A stretch of 41,834 nt of DNA from Octopus bimaculoides. Its lineage: Eukaryota. Of the stretch, positions 23,623 to 37,064 are shown piece by piece. Location: the NCBI RefSeq assembly GCF_001194135.2, contig NC_068983.1, forward strand, positions 27,733,517 to 27,775,350, given 5' to 3'. Numbering within the stretch: position 1 is the first letter of the stretch; each line of letters starts with the position of its first letter. The notes below the pieces were generated by a model. The model had not been told where the DNA came from. It saw nothing but the letters and a program-made list of their open reading frames with translations, and searched no databases. A program made the position numbers and the translations under genes.

Positions 23623-24924
23623 TTACATANNNNNNNNNNNNNNNNNNNNNNNNNNNNNNNNNNNNNNNNNNNNNNNNNNNNNNNNNNNNNNNNNNNNNNN
23701 NNNNNNNNNNNNNNNNNNNNNNNNNNNNNNNNNNNNNNNNNNNNNNNNNNNNNNNNNNNNNNNNNNNNNNNNNNNNNNNNNNNNNNNNNNNNNNNNNNNN
23801 NNNNNNNNNNNNNNNNNNNNNNNNNNNNNNNNNNNNNNNNNNNNNNNNNNNNNNNNNNNNNNNNNNNNNNNNNNNNNNNNNNNNNNNNNNNNNNNNNNNN
23901 NNNNNNNNNNNNNNNNNNNNNNNNNNNNNNNNNNNNNNNNNNNNNNNNNNNNNNNNNNNNNNNNNNNNNNNNNNNNNNNNNNNNNNNNNNNNNNNNNNNN
24001 NNNNNNNNNNNNNNNNNNNNNNNNNNNNNNNNNNNNNNNNNNNNNNNNNNNNNNNNNNNNNNNNNNNNNNNNNNNNNNNNNNNNNNNNNNNNNNNNNNNN
24101 NNNNNNNNNNNNNNNNNNNNNNNNNNNNNNNNNNNNNNNNNNNNNNNNNNNNNNNNNNNNNNNNNNNNNNNNNNNNNNNNNNNNNNNNNNNNNNNNNNNN
24201 NNNNNNNNNNNNNNNNNNNNNNNNNNNNNNNNNNNNNNNNNNNNNNNNNNNNNNNNNNNNNNNNNNNNNNNNNNNNNNNNNNNNNNNNNNNNNNNNNNNN
24301 NNNNNNNNNNNNNNNNNNNNNNNNNNNNNTATATATATATATATATATATATATATCAGTTGTTACATATTCGTACATACGCACAATTACACTAAAAGAT
24401 TATATACTCGTAAATTTATAAGTATATACAAGTGTGCGTGTATGTATTTATGTTTATGCATGTTTCTGGTTATTTCTCATTTTATTTTATTTTATTTTGG
24501 GTTTTTTGCTCATATTAACTTGTATCACGCTTTCAAATTCAAATACGGGTAGAATTGCCAGTTGATTTAAATGTGTTCTACCCTACCTGACTATTTAAAC
24601 AAAATTTTAAATGTCTTAGCATTTCTAAAGAAACAATAGATTTGCAACTTACCGCCACTGAAAGCGTCTTTTCTTTTTTCCTTATTTACACTTTTGAATA
24701 TATTAAGGATGTGTTAACTTACTTAACACCTTTAAAGAATTATGTTGAAAAAAACAATACTTTGGAATTCATGTGATTTTCTTAGAAATAAGTTGGAAAT
24801 TGAATCAATTGTTCTCCGTTTCTAATTTCTTTGTCTTGTGATTGCATCCTGAAATACAAATTCTTGTGTAAATTATAGCGTTACGTTTTCTTCGGTGTTA
24901 TGTATAAAAACAGAGTTGAGCAAC

Positions 24925-25635
24925 AGAGGCCTGTATCTGGTGACGCGATATCCTGAAATTGCTGTCAATTATGATAAGCAATTCGTATAATGTAGTCTTA
25001 GATACAATATCACAGGGAGAAAAATACAACAGGATGGTCAGGAACTGGTCGTCAGAAAAACGTATGCTCAGTCGGAGCTGTTTTGCAGTTCAATAACTGC
25101 AAAAGAAAAAACCATATTCTGTCAAGAGAGATAATGCGTATTCATTAAAAGAAGGGGGACATATTATGAACAAGCAACAATGTAGGTGAATTTTGAAATA
25201 TTTTATAATCATATATATCCACATGTGAATTGTTGGTGAATTTTTTCATCCGTCTTCCTTTTCTCTTGGACTTCCTCCGTCTCCTGTTTCTGACAAAGCG
25301 CCTTGCTCGAAACGTGAAACTACCTTTCTTTCTTTCCGTGAGCATCTGCTAATACTCAACCTGCCAGAAATTGCTACAAATCTTCTTTAAATCACGTCCT
25401 ATCTTACTGGATGAATGCCTATAGCTGGATTGATCCTTATAAATATGCCTACAGTATCAGGGCCGACTTGAGGTTAAACAATATCGATAACTCCATTACG
25501 TATAAGAAATTATTCTTTCAGCGGGCGATAACTGCAAACATGAAAGAAATTCGAGAAAGCTAATGTTAGCCAACGAATGAATATAAAGCAGTTAGTCACA
25601 CCACAAATAGCAGTCAAATCTTTCTCGAATGACAG
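24925..25635 (+). repeat. Cluster of three family B fragments
   Basis: CCTGAAATTGCTGTCAA..GTATAATGTAGTCTTAGATAC (24925-25070), CCTGCCAGAAATTGCTACAAATCTTCTTTAAATCAC (25345-25480) and ACAAATAGCAGTCAAATCTTTCTC (25590-25635). Confidence 0.45.
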
Positions 25636-27176
25636 CCTAATGCAGCGGTTCCTGATTTAGACCTGCGAAGGTTGTGCCCAATATTTTTAAAAGGTTCAAT
25701 GTGAAATGTGATATTATCCAGATGCGATTATTCACTTACACACATATTTCAGTTTTATTGATGAAAGTAGGGAAAAATTCATTGTTAGGCAATAGAATCG
25801 GTCTAATCACTCGACATGCTTTTCAAAAACCGGGGAGAGATCAGCTCAGATAACGGAGTATGTGCCGCTGGAGCACGTCAAAGCAGCCAAAGTTTACCGC
25901 ACGAAGAGCAAGGAATTTCGGGGTGAGATTTTATAGAAATTCCTTTAAAAAGAAAGGGTCTTTGACTGTGAAAATGTTGACATTGTGTTCTGTTATCCTA
26001 GCGTTTTCAGACAGAAAATAATTTTGAATAAAATTCAAGAAATACTATTAGTGAAGAAAGANNNNNNNNNNNNNNNNNNNNNNNNNNNNNNNNNNNNNNN
26101 NNNNNNNNNNNNNNNNNNNNNNNNNNNNNNNNNNNNNNNNNNNNNNNNNNNNNNNNNNNNNNNNNNNNNNNNNNNNNNNNNNNNNNNNNNNNNNNNNNNN
26201 NNNNNNNNNNNNNNNNNNNNNNNNNNNNNNNNNNNNNNNNNNNNNNNNNNNNNNNNNNNNNNNNNNNNNNNNNNNNNNNNNNNNNNNNNNNNNNNNNNNN
26301 NNNNNNNNNNNNNNNNNNNNNNNNNNNNNNNNNNNNNNNNNNNNNNNNNNNNNNNNNNNNNNNNNNNNNNNNNNNNNNNNNNNNNNNNNNNNNNNNNNNN
26401 NNNNNNNNNNNNNNNNNNNNNNNNNNNNNNNNNNNNNNNNNNNNNNNNNNNNNNNNNNNNNNNNNTATATATATATATATTGATATAAGAGACTTGTATT
26501 GACTAAAACATCTGATAAATGATATGGAATCGACACTAGCATGGCCGATTATTCTGCTAATATGATCTGTAGTCGTCGGAAGTAGGATCAAAGATAGAAC
26601 AGGAACATAAATTAATCAATCAAATTTATGTTCAATAGTTAGAGAATGACATAAAAATTGGTGAAGCACAATGCAAAGATTTATTGTGCTTGCGTAAATA
26701 GTTTCCACCAACGATTAGTAAAGGACTTTGTGTGTACGGTTACACATTAGGAAAGAGAATCAACGAAATAATAAATATTGAATATAGTGATTACAAACTA
26801 GCTATCATAATACTGTGCGAAATTTTCTTCATCACAGAACGTATTTTGACACAATATACGTCATACTATCATAATAACGGATTACAAAAGCCTAGAAACA
26901 AATGTCTCCCCGATAAATATCGTTTTATACTGTCGTCCATTCTCATTTACATAACTAGACTCCCCACTTTATTATCTATCATTCAACATTTTATACTCAT
27001 CGTTCAATATGATGCGTATGTGTGTGTGTATGTTTATATGTATGCAGATATATACATATATGTGTACGTCTGTGTATGTATATAAATATGCTTACATATA
27101 CATGTATGTATGGATATATATTTGTATATATATATGCATATATATACATATATATATATTTATTTATATATGTATA

Positions 27177-27215
<39 letters not shown>

Positions 27216-28326
27216 CATATCATATGTACATACATTCATATGTGTATATAAGCACATGCATATATATATACACGGATACATGCATACGCACACAGCGTAA
27301 CGATATGTTTGTTGTACGCAAAGCATCAAAGGAAATTGAATTTGTATTTATAACAGCATGTTTATAATAAGAAACGCTCTCTTTACAACCACCAGAACAA
27401 CTTGTATATTAGTTATTCCAGTGAAAATAACGGTTGCGTCGGTGGAGAGAATGAGATCTCTTAATGGCGGCTGCCACAAAAATGTTCCCAAACATTCCTA
27501 ATGAACTAAAACTAACAGTTTCAGTCACATGAGGAAATTATTCCTCATTTTTCCCGGACCTGTAAGAGAATGAAACCTGCAAAACTATTGAGCTGCTTAT
27601 CCCATTTCCCACCAGATGGAGTAAGATCTGTAATCAAAAGGATTTACCAGCCATGACTGCATTGTTTATCATATATACAATACTACATTATAGAATGTTT
27701 ATCTTCAACAGAAGTATTAGGATGGAAGCAAATTTTTGTCGCATTTCAAAATAGGAACGATACAAATGCTTCATTGGTATTAATTAATATATTTAATCAT
27801 GATATTTCCCCTTATTATGGGTAATATATTCCATTCTATTTGACAAATTGTTGATCCATCAAGCGTAAAATTCCGCAGGTCAAAAGCCAAAGCAATATTC
27901 GAAATAATTTTGTAACCTGTTCACAATTAATAAATTGGTTTTCTCTCAAAATAATGTTGCAATAATCTATAAAGATGATACTCAAATGGAGCAAAGTCAA
28001 AAAACTGAGGAGTATATGAACGCAATCTATTCCCTAATACGAACTGTTTTCTCTGAGATTTCATATTTCATTTCTTCTCCTCTCCCACAAAACTTATGTA
28101 AAACAACGAATTTAAGTGTACGCATGAAATTATTTCAAATATATATTCGGAGTGTATCGTCATTTAAGAACACAAATAATTCGAAGCTATCTGCATCACT
28201 ACAGGGCAAAGCTTTCGTCTCAGATATATAAGATATATATATAAGATATAGCTGCAGTATCAGCCGAAGCTGTACAAGTCTAGAAGGGATAGACTCAAAG
28301 TAGACGCTCGATATCCTAGAAATAAT

Positions 28327-28522
28327 CTCTTTTATTATAGGCACAAGGCCTGAAGTTTTGAGGGAGTGGACTAGTTGATTACACGAAACCCAGAATTTCG
28401 CTGGTGCTTAATTTATCGACCCCGAAAGGATGAAAAGCAGAGTGGACGTCGGCAGAATTTGAACTCAGAACGTGAAAATGGACGGAATACCCCGTGTAAA
28501 CGATTCTGCCTCTTCGTTGCCT
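28327..28522 (-). mobile_element. tRNA-derived SINE family C with a 19-bp TSD
   Basis: Antisense B-box region GAATTTGAACTCAGAAC and central ATCGACCCCGAAAGGATGAAA. TCGATATCCTAGAAATAAT lies at 28308-28326 and 28523-28541. Homologous to 37643 and 40879. Confidence 0.85.
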
Positions 28523-29029
28523 TCGATATCCTAGAAATAATAGCTTGATCTTTCAGCAATCACATCCCATCGTCTTCACGATAAGCAACACATTGAATTA
28601 TGTAATTTTTATTTATACACGCAAAATCACAACGGTGACTGGCAGTTGGGGTATTTTTTATTATAGTTTTGCCTAATTTAGGCCGACTTGATGCAAAGCA
28701 ACAACCACCCTCTTATTATGAAGAGCAATGCAGCACCAGCAGCAGGTGACTTAGNNNNNNNNNNNNNNNNNNNNNNNNNNNNNNNNNNNNNNNNNNNNNN
28801 NNNNNNNNNNNNNNNNNNNNNNNNNNNNNNNNNNNNNNNNNNNNNNNNNNNNNNNNNNNNNNNNNNNNNNNNNNNNNNNNNNNNNNNNNNNNNNNNNNNN
28901 NNNNNNNNNNNNNNNNNNNNNNNNNNNNNNNNNNNNNNNNNNNNNNNNNNNNNNNNNNNNNNNNNNNNNNNNNNNNNNNNNNNNNNNNNNNNNNNNNNNN
29001 NNNNNNNNNNNNNNNNNAACGGAAGGGAA

Positions 29030-29790
29030 AATTTTATGGGGAAAACTAAATGAATGGAAATCACCAGCGAACGAGAAGATTACCAATTTCTGGAAAAAAA
29101 TACATACAAGGCACTGACACAGAAGTTCAATGAAATGCTAATGAGGCCAAAGACAACCCCGGAATGTCTCACAAAAGGGGAAGCCATACTAATTCCTAAA
29201 TCTACTGAAACTACAAACCTATACCACTACGGACACATAACATGTCAGTCCACAACCTACAAAGCCTTATCAGCGATGACATCGCAGGAAATGGTCAGAC
29301 ATCTAGAAGATAACAACCTGTTTTGAAAAGAGCAGAAGGGATGCTGCAAAGACTCATATGGCTGTGAAAACCAGTTATTGATCAAGAAAGACATAACTGA
29401 AAACAGCCAACAGAAAAAGAAGTCTAAACATGGCTTGAATCAATTACCAGAAGACTTTCACAGAAAAAAAAACAGCCTTGAACAAGGTACCGCCGGCAAT
29501 AATAATATATTCCAAACTTGAATAAATGGGAAACGGTTCTGCAGCTACAGACACTCTCTAACCATTCGTTTTCTGTGTGGCACTGTCGCTTTTAATCGAG
29601 ATGCTAAAAGAGAACTGGATGTAGACGTAACTGCTATGGTAAAATAATGTACAATCACTTTTATATGAATAATCTCAAGATGAATACTACAAATGATAAA
29701 CAACCGGAAACTATACTACAGACAGTAAATGGATTTACCAAAGAAATTAACATGAAATTCGGCGCAGAAAAAAAGTGCTATAAGCAACCT
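29030..29790 (+). pseudogene. Non-LTR retrotransposon RT fossil (R4/Dong-like), internally deleted
   Basis: EWKSP..I.NFWKK, PECLTKGEAILIPK, YGHITCQSTTYK, HLEDNNLF*KEQKGC..SYGC.NQLLI, SLNMA*INYQKTF, FCVALS, HFYMNNLK (YMDD decayed) and MKFGAEKKC. Clade assignment comes from motif style only. Confidence 0.85.
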
Positions 29791-29831
29791 CTAAAAGAAG
29801 AAAGCCAGTTAAGAACAACAATATCACATTA

Positions 29832-30187
29832 TTCTTTAATTCTTTTACTTGTTTCAGTGATTTGAATGCCGTCATGCTGGAGCATCGCTTGGAAGGATTT
29901 ATTAAATCGAACAAATCGACCCCATTATCGGTCTCTTTTGCTGAACCACTAAGTTACGAGGATATAAACACAGCAACACTGGTCGTCAAGTGAAGATGGA
30001 GAACAAACATACACACATATATATATGACGGGCTTCTTTCAATTTCGATCTACCAAAACCTACTCCAAGGCTTTTGTCGGCCCTAGGCTGTAGTAGAAAA
30101 CGTTTACCTAGGTGCCACGCAAAGGCACTGAACCTGGAACCATGTGGTTGGCAAGCAAGCTTCTTACCACACAGCCATGCCTGCGCC
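29832..30187 (-). mobile_element. Family A SINE with an internal 3' deletion
   Basis: Reverse-complement match to head, CORE-like block and tail. About 30 bp of the AATAAGTACTAGG...GAATAAGTCC segment is missing. Confidence 0.85.
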
Positions 30188-31710
30188 TATGAGATATAGA
30201 AAATAAAGTAAGAGGATTGGAAGTGTATAAGGTGACCCCAATGTAACCAAAACCACGTAAATCTTAGGTGAAAATACTAACGTGAATGCCAGAAGAAATG
30301 TCGAGAAACATTTTCACCGATCGGTTAACGATTCTGTGAGCTCGTTGCCATTTATAGTTACATAAATATTGCCGGAATAATCTAGAACGATGCCTGTCTC
30401 CTCCCCTAAATCAACTCATAATCTGCTAAATATTTTCTGTTTCGCTTATTGCATCGGTCTCCATTGTATCAAAAGAGTGAGATATTTGGAGATTGCGGGG
30501 CCTTTTTCTTCTCAAACTCAGCAAAGTGCCGATAAATGGATTGAACTGCCGATCCTCCTTTGATAAGACTGTCTTACTACTGAGTGGGTTTGTAGAAATA
30601 AAAAGCTCAAAATATGTACCATGACATTATTAATCGTATTTGAAAAAAAAAAATGCAATATCTCTGGGCGAAATGTAAAGAGCTGTTTGCAAAAACAATG
30701 CGATACATCAGAAATCGTCATTTCTTTTTCAAAGTAAACCATTTTGCTGATTCCATCGTACAATCCATCACCATATATCATGCATTTGACAACTATTTAA
30801 TGTTTCAATTAGTCATCCTCACATGATCGCAATTCCATTTCCTTCTCTTGTACTGTATAGAATTTCGAGTGAACCATTCCATTTAGCCTACATAACATAA
30901 GAAACAACAAACAAAAAAAATGTGATTCATTTACAGGAATTAATATTCTGATGAATATAAATCATAGGAACGTGAAAAAGAGATGAAAATAAACGTTAAT
31001 TTTTTTTATATTTATTTATTTATTTATATCTATATTTATTTATTTATTTCATCTTTTTCCATTCTAGAACTAAATATTTTGGATAACGACAAAACTATAT
31101 ATATTCCTTAAATATTCCTGCACGAAAATCAAAATAGACACAAAAAAGCAGTTAACTCTTCATCCCTTAGTTTTGGCTTTCAGCAAGGGCTAATGGTTTA
31201 ATTTGCAAGGAGGGTGAGTGAGATGGGGGAAGGAGATTGCTTTTAGTAATTGGTAAATCCCATTAGTGGGCCATTTAGTTTAAAGCTTTCAATCAAACAA
31301 ACATTTGCACTTCCATTATTTATTTAGCCTCTTACTCTGTTTATTATCACTCCACTCTCTCTCTCTCTCCTTCCCTCTCTCTTCATCTCCCTTTCTCTAT
31401 TTCCGACTCCGCACACATCCATACACGCGTACTCACGCACACAAGCATATAATCATAAATACATGCATATATATATATATATANNNNNNNNNNNNNNNNN
31501 NNNNNNNNNNNNNNNNNNNNNNNNNNNNNNNNNNNNNNNNNNNNNNNNNNNNNNNNNNNNNNNNNNNNNNNNNNNNNNNNNNNNNNNNNNNNNNNNNNNN
31601 NNNNNNNNNNNNNNNNNNNNNNNNNNNNNNNNNNNNNNNNNNNNNNNNNNNNNNNNNNNNNNNNNNNNNNNNNNNNNNNNNNNNNNNNNNNNNNNNNNNN
31701 NNNNNNNNNN

Positions 31711-31752
<42 letters not shown>

Positions 31753-32674
31753 GTATATGCTTAAATTGTGTGTGTATATTGTGCGTAATGTAATGTGTTT
31801 AAAACTTCTCTTTGGCAAGATCATTTTTCGCAATCGTTATCGAATCCTTGCTAATGTTATCGTCGACTTCAAACAACTACTCAAAGATGTAAAATTTGAT
31901 TTATGTCAAGAATAATTATTGCACCCCTCTTTTTTCACATCCAAAGTAGAGCCGCCGCTAAAATGGCGTCTTTTTGCTATTTTTTTGTAATTGTTTTATT
32001 TTTTATATGGAGCCTAAACTAAGAATGGAAACAACGACAAAATATATATGTGTATTCGTAATGCGACATATTTTGAATATCCAGTAAAGTTTCCATTTAT
32101 TGATAAATGTAGTAATAGCGAATATTTTGAATAACCGAGAAGTTGGTATATGTATTTTCATATATAATAATGTTGTTATTTTGTTACTGATTATAATATT
32201 TATCTTTTTATTAATATATAGTGAATTCTATTTATTTTGAATATGTAGAAATGGTATGTTTTGAATATATTTTAATGATGTATATTTTCAATGTGAATAT
32301 GAAAAGCAACAGCGTATAGAGCGAGTGTTTCGTAATAGTATTTAATTTGAAATATGTCTCTAAAGAAACTAGATTATGAATGCGTAGAATGTCCTATGTA
32401 TGTATATCTGTATTTATACACTTAACTGTGAATATCTGCACACCAGACACACGCACATACACAGACGCACGCACGTACGCACGAATTCCCACTCACATAT
32501 AAAGAAAAAACAAAATAATATTTGTGTGCGTCTACATATATATATACATGTATGTATATGTATATATTCATTATACAAATGTACAGAATTACGCAACGCT
32601 CGCGCGCATTTATGCAAGTGCATATATATGTGTGTGTTTGTGTGTGTGCGCGTGTGTGTGTATGTGGATATATT

Positions 32675-32724
<50 letters not shown>

Positions 32725-34037
32725 TCTGTTTATTCTTGATTAAGTATTTTTAATTCTGCATGTAATGGTATAAGCCGGTTTCAGAAATTTTCCATTAGTG
32801 CATAAAAATAATATAAATAATTTTCAAAGATGAAATTAGTGTATAATTTGTAATATATGAATATATATTATATACGGATATTTCATGTGTATATTCACAC
32901 ATATATACCCACATGTGTGACTGTATATATTTGTATGTATGTATGTATGCATAAGAGTGGGGTTTGAGAATATATGTGTTTTTCTTATATGTTTGATAGT
33001 TTGTGTGTGTTTATATAGCAGTGTGAATTTTCCTTTGACTCCATATTCTTAAATATTATCATCATAAGGATAATAAGAGACGTGTACAGAAAATTAAATA
33101 AACTTGAATTTCTGTGTGTGACGGTAAGTCTCTGTGTGTGTATGTGTGTGTGTTAATGACTATGACTTATTCTATCACTTTGTACCTCCATTTTCCTTAC
33201 ACGCTCTATCTCTTTCTCTCTCTCTGTCCTCCCGCTTTGTTGGTCCTGCAGCTGACACTCCCGTCCCTTATAGCCTCTCTTTCGAAATTTTTTTCTTGCC
33301 ATTTTCCCTTTGGCTACTTGATTAATTCATGTCCCTGTCACCTCCGAAAGTGTATCACTGTTTTCCTTTACAGTTGCATCACCATCTTCATCTGTTTCCG
33401 TCTCAGTTGACTAAGACATTTATTGTTAATATTGAAATATTTGTAATTGTTTTACCGATTCGTTCTATCCCATTCCTATTTGTTTGATCTCCTTGTATCA
33501 AGTCATAGAAGTTTGCATTATTGTCAACTACAGATGTATGAAAGGATGACCGCATCTCATTTATACATAAATGCATAATCTTTCGCACTCTATCTATCTA
33601 TCGTTCTCGCTACCACCACCAACAACAACACCATCATCAAATATATCCTTCTTGTTTTTGTAAAACACTTTATTTAACGTTGATACAGTCCAGTCAGCAC
33701 TAAACGTGTATCCATAGGACGGATTGGAGTCCCGTTGAAGGCGAGTTTCTTCTGAGTTCGGCCACTTATAAGCTGTAGAATGCTGGAAACAACTCGTATA
33801 CGTCCTAGGTCCCGTGATGGAGCTTATTTTATTTTGCTTTATATTTAATCCATAAGGTATGAGATATACCCCAATGGGAACCGGCCATCCCACTTTCTGC
33901 GCGTTGGCCAGCAAATACATTCAATGAAATACTCAAGTCACATCTTCATGGATATCTCTGTAATCGATGGAGTTCTTTCAACTGGAATTAGCTTTATAAA
34001 TTTGATATATTTAATTCGAATGTATAGACAGACATGT

Positions 34038-34372
34038 GGAGGCGCAATGGCCCAGTGGTTAGGGCAGCAGACTCTCGCTCGCAGGATCGCGGTTTCGTTG
34101 TCAGTGTTTATTGAGCAAAAACACCTAAAGTTCCACGAGGCTCCGGTAGAAGATGGGTAGCGAACCCTGCTGTACTCTTTCACAACAAATTTCTCTCACA
34201 CTTTCTTCTTGTTTCTGTTGTACTTGTATTTCAAAGGGGGCCAGCCTTGTGACACTCCCCGAGAACTACGTTAAGGGTACTCGTGTCTGTGGAGTGCTCA
34301 ACCACTTGCACGTTAATTTCACGATCAGGCTGTTCTCTTGATCGGATCAACTGGAGCATTGCCACCATAGCA
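34038..34372 (+). mobile_element. tRNA-derived SINE family D (B-box region deleted)
   Basis: GGAGGCGCAATGGCCCAGTGGTTAGGGCAGC head with A-box 34048-34058. The tRNA-like part breaks off at GGTTTCG. A GC-richer body is sharply bounded against AT-rich flanks. Single copy in this window. Confidence 0.7.
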
Positions 34373-34535
34373 GTTGTATAATTAGTGTTTTCAAAATTAA
34401 TTAAAAATCAAAATGCTTCCCGAGATGATGATATACAAATCGTGGGGTTTATCTTTCAGAGAAGGGTGAACGGTACCTTTAGTTTTTTTTTTATATTTAG
34501 TCTGAGGCCGAAACGACATTCTGACTTGTGAAATG

Positions 34536-34686
34536 GGGCGGCCAGTCTACCAACTCCGTACCACAAAGCTTTGGTCGCCCCGAGGCAATAGTAGAAGATA
34601 CTTTCCGAAGGCACCACGCAGTGGTACTGAACCTGGAACCATATGGTTAGTAAGCAAGCCGCTTATAACACAGCCATTCCTGCACC
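34536..34686 (-). mobile_element. Family A SINE 5' half
   Basis: AAAGCTTTGGTCG..AATAGTAGAAGATACTTTCCGAAGGCACCACGCAGTGGTACTGAACC matches the antisense head and CORE-like block. Confidence 0.8.
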
Positions 34687-34716
34687 TAAGAAGTTGTGCC
34701 CCAGGTTATATATATA

Positions 34717-34906
34717 TACATGGTTATTAGCAGTTCAAATATGGTTGAGACATATTTGAACCCGTAAGAAAGCTATTCACTTTGATTTGTCATGGAGAAA
34801 ATTTCTGACTGTCAGCAAATTTTTCTCCATGACAAACCGCTTTGAATGGCTCTTTTTACGGGTTCGAATAAGCCTCAAGCATATTGGAACTGACAATAAC
34901 CTAGTA
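34717..34906. mobile_element. Fully palindromic MITE, Tc1/mariner-like, TA-flanked
   Basis: 34722-34809 pairs with 34811-34901 at roughly 80% by eye around a 1-nt centre (CTGAC-T-GTCAG). TA dinucleotides at 34717-34718 and 34905-34906. Confidence 0.7.
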
Positions 34907-35340
34907 TTTACACACATGACTGTTTAGCGTTGCCACCCCGTATATGCATATACATGTAAATATATATATATGTATATGTGTGTGTGTGTATGTATATGTG
35001 TCTGTGTGTGTGTATTCACACACAGGTATAAATTGACACACACACACACACACACAAACATCTATGTACGTGGTTGCTTATGTATAAGTCTGAATTCTGA
35101 CACAGCCAAGCGATACTTCATAATTTCTCTGTGTTGATAATCGTGTTTTCCTTCTTGAAGAAGAAAAAAATTGAAAAAGCAAGTTAATGTGATGTTGCCG
35201 CTTATTCCAAATGAATTAGCGTCATAAGTGAAAAGTATTGACAGGCAACAGTGAGTATTGAAACCGCTTAAGCCTTCTTTGTTTCCGGAAAGCTTATCTC
35301 TGATTTTATAGCATTCTCCATAGACTCTTTGCTTTATTAT

Positions 35341-35375
35341 TACCACCACCACCACTACTACTACTACTACCACTA

Positions 35376-35406
<31 letters not shown>

Positions 35407-35411
35407 CACTA

Positions 35412-35460
<49 letters not shown>

Positions 35461-35461
35461 A
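35341..35461. repeat. (CTA/CCA)n microsatellite
   Basis: Visible run. It explains the poly-V ORF. Confidence 0.95.
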
Positions 35462-35532
35462 CATTGATCTGTTAGNNNNNNNNNNATTCTTCTGTACAAA
35501 CGATCACAACCCCCCCCCTCTCTCCCCTCCCT

Positions 35533-35593
<61 letters not shown>

Positions 35594-36987
35594 AAAAGCG
35601 TCTGATTAAATGCGTGAACAAACCTATTAAACATTATCTTATTTGACCTCTGCCGACATTGTCAAAGATCTAATTAACTTCCCTATGTTGCTAGCCTGCA
35701 AGAAATTACCTGCCATCAAAGGATTAGTGGAAATGGTTAACGATTATCTGTAGTGAAGTTCTTCCGAAAGGATTATCATGATTTATAGCTACTGATATTT
35801 AGCCATTAACGCCTGTCCATATCATTTGTTAGTACACACTTAAACACTGTCATTGCCGATCGTTACTAATCATCATCCAACGAGAAATGAAATGGATGCT
35901 TTCGTTTAATTATATCAAGCATTCTTAGTGCTAAATCTTTTAACAGGATTTAAACAAAGAACAGATCAGGCCAAAGCTCCAGTTAAGGAATTTATGGATG
36001 CTATCACGAAAATAATTATTCTCAGCCGAGACTAAACCTCTTTGATTTTTGTTATTTTATTAATTTCCAATTTAATTGTTTATTCTATCTTAATTAATCC
36101 GGCACTATAATATGATTTCATCTTAAATTTGTTTAAATAATAGGAGAACATATTTTAAGAATTGCAAATACAGTGCAATTGCTAATGTGCTCGTCATGAC
36201 TGATGTCATTTTCATATCCGTTATGTCACAGCGACCGCTCTGTCTCTCTATCTCGGTTTCAGTCAATTTTCCACTCTTTGTCTCTCCCTCATTCTTACAC
36301 TCGCTCACCCTCCCTCTCTTTTCTTGTGTGGAAAAATTGGTCAAGAATCAAAATGTTATGAATCATCTATGAATATATTCGAAAGAAACTCTACACGTCA
36401 ATAGTGACCGCTGATAAGATACAGCAACAAAATATTTATCACACAACACTCAAACGCCTTAAGAGAGAACTACGCCTTTCCGAGAAAATTAGTCCCAAAT
36501 GCAGGAAAATAGTAGAACGGAAAATATGTCGTATTTTCTGAGCTGTTGGTCCTGACACAACATTTCTAGATATCACTAAATACTATAAAAGACTTCTTTT
36601 AATATCATCAATTTGCAGGATTTAATGTCATCATTTTGCAAGGTTTAATGGAGCGAATTTTCTCTTTAGTACATCCAACTATTCTAAAATGTGCTAACAG
36701 TTCCAGTAATGGAAATATATATGTATATATATGTAAATAGATATATAATTATGTGTGTGGGTACATTTGTGTGATATGTGTGTGTGTGTGTGTGTGTGTG
36801 TGGGTGTGTGGGTGTGTGTGTGTGTGTGTGTGTGTTTTAGTTTAATTATTCAAATTCGCAACGGTTACAGCGCCTGGAATCAAGACACTTTCCGTTCTGG
36901 AAGCAAGACAGTTTCATTCGAAATTAGACTTTAGAAACTAGATGGGTTATATTTACATTAATGCTTACAAGTACCTGAGAGAGAGGT

Positions 36988-37064
36988 AGAGAGACAGAGA
37001 GACTGGGGAGAGAGACAGAGAGACTGGGGAGAGAGACAGAGAGACTGGGGAGAGAGACTGAGAG
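36988..37064. repeat. 21-bp minisatellite, about 3.5 copies
   Basis: AGAGAGACAGAGAGACTGGGG at 36988, 37009 and 37030, plus a partial copy. Confidence 0.9.

Noticed and set aside
31955-31972. YY1-like AAAATGGCG motifs (also near 17518 and 27463)
   Set aside because: Isolated short motifs with no promoter context.
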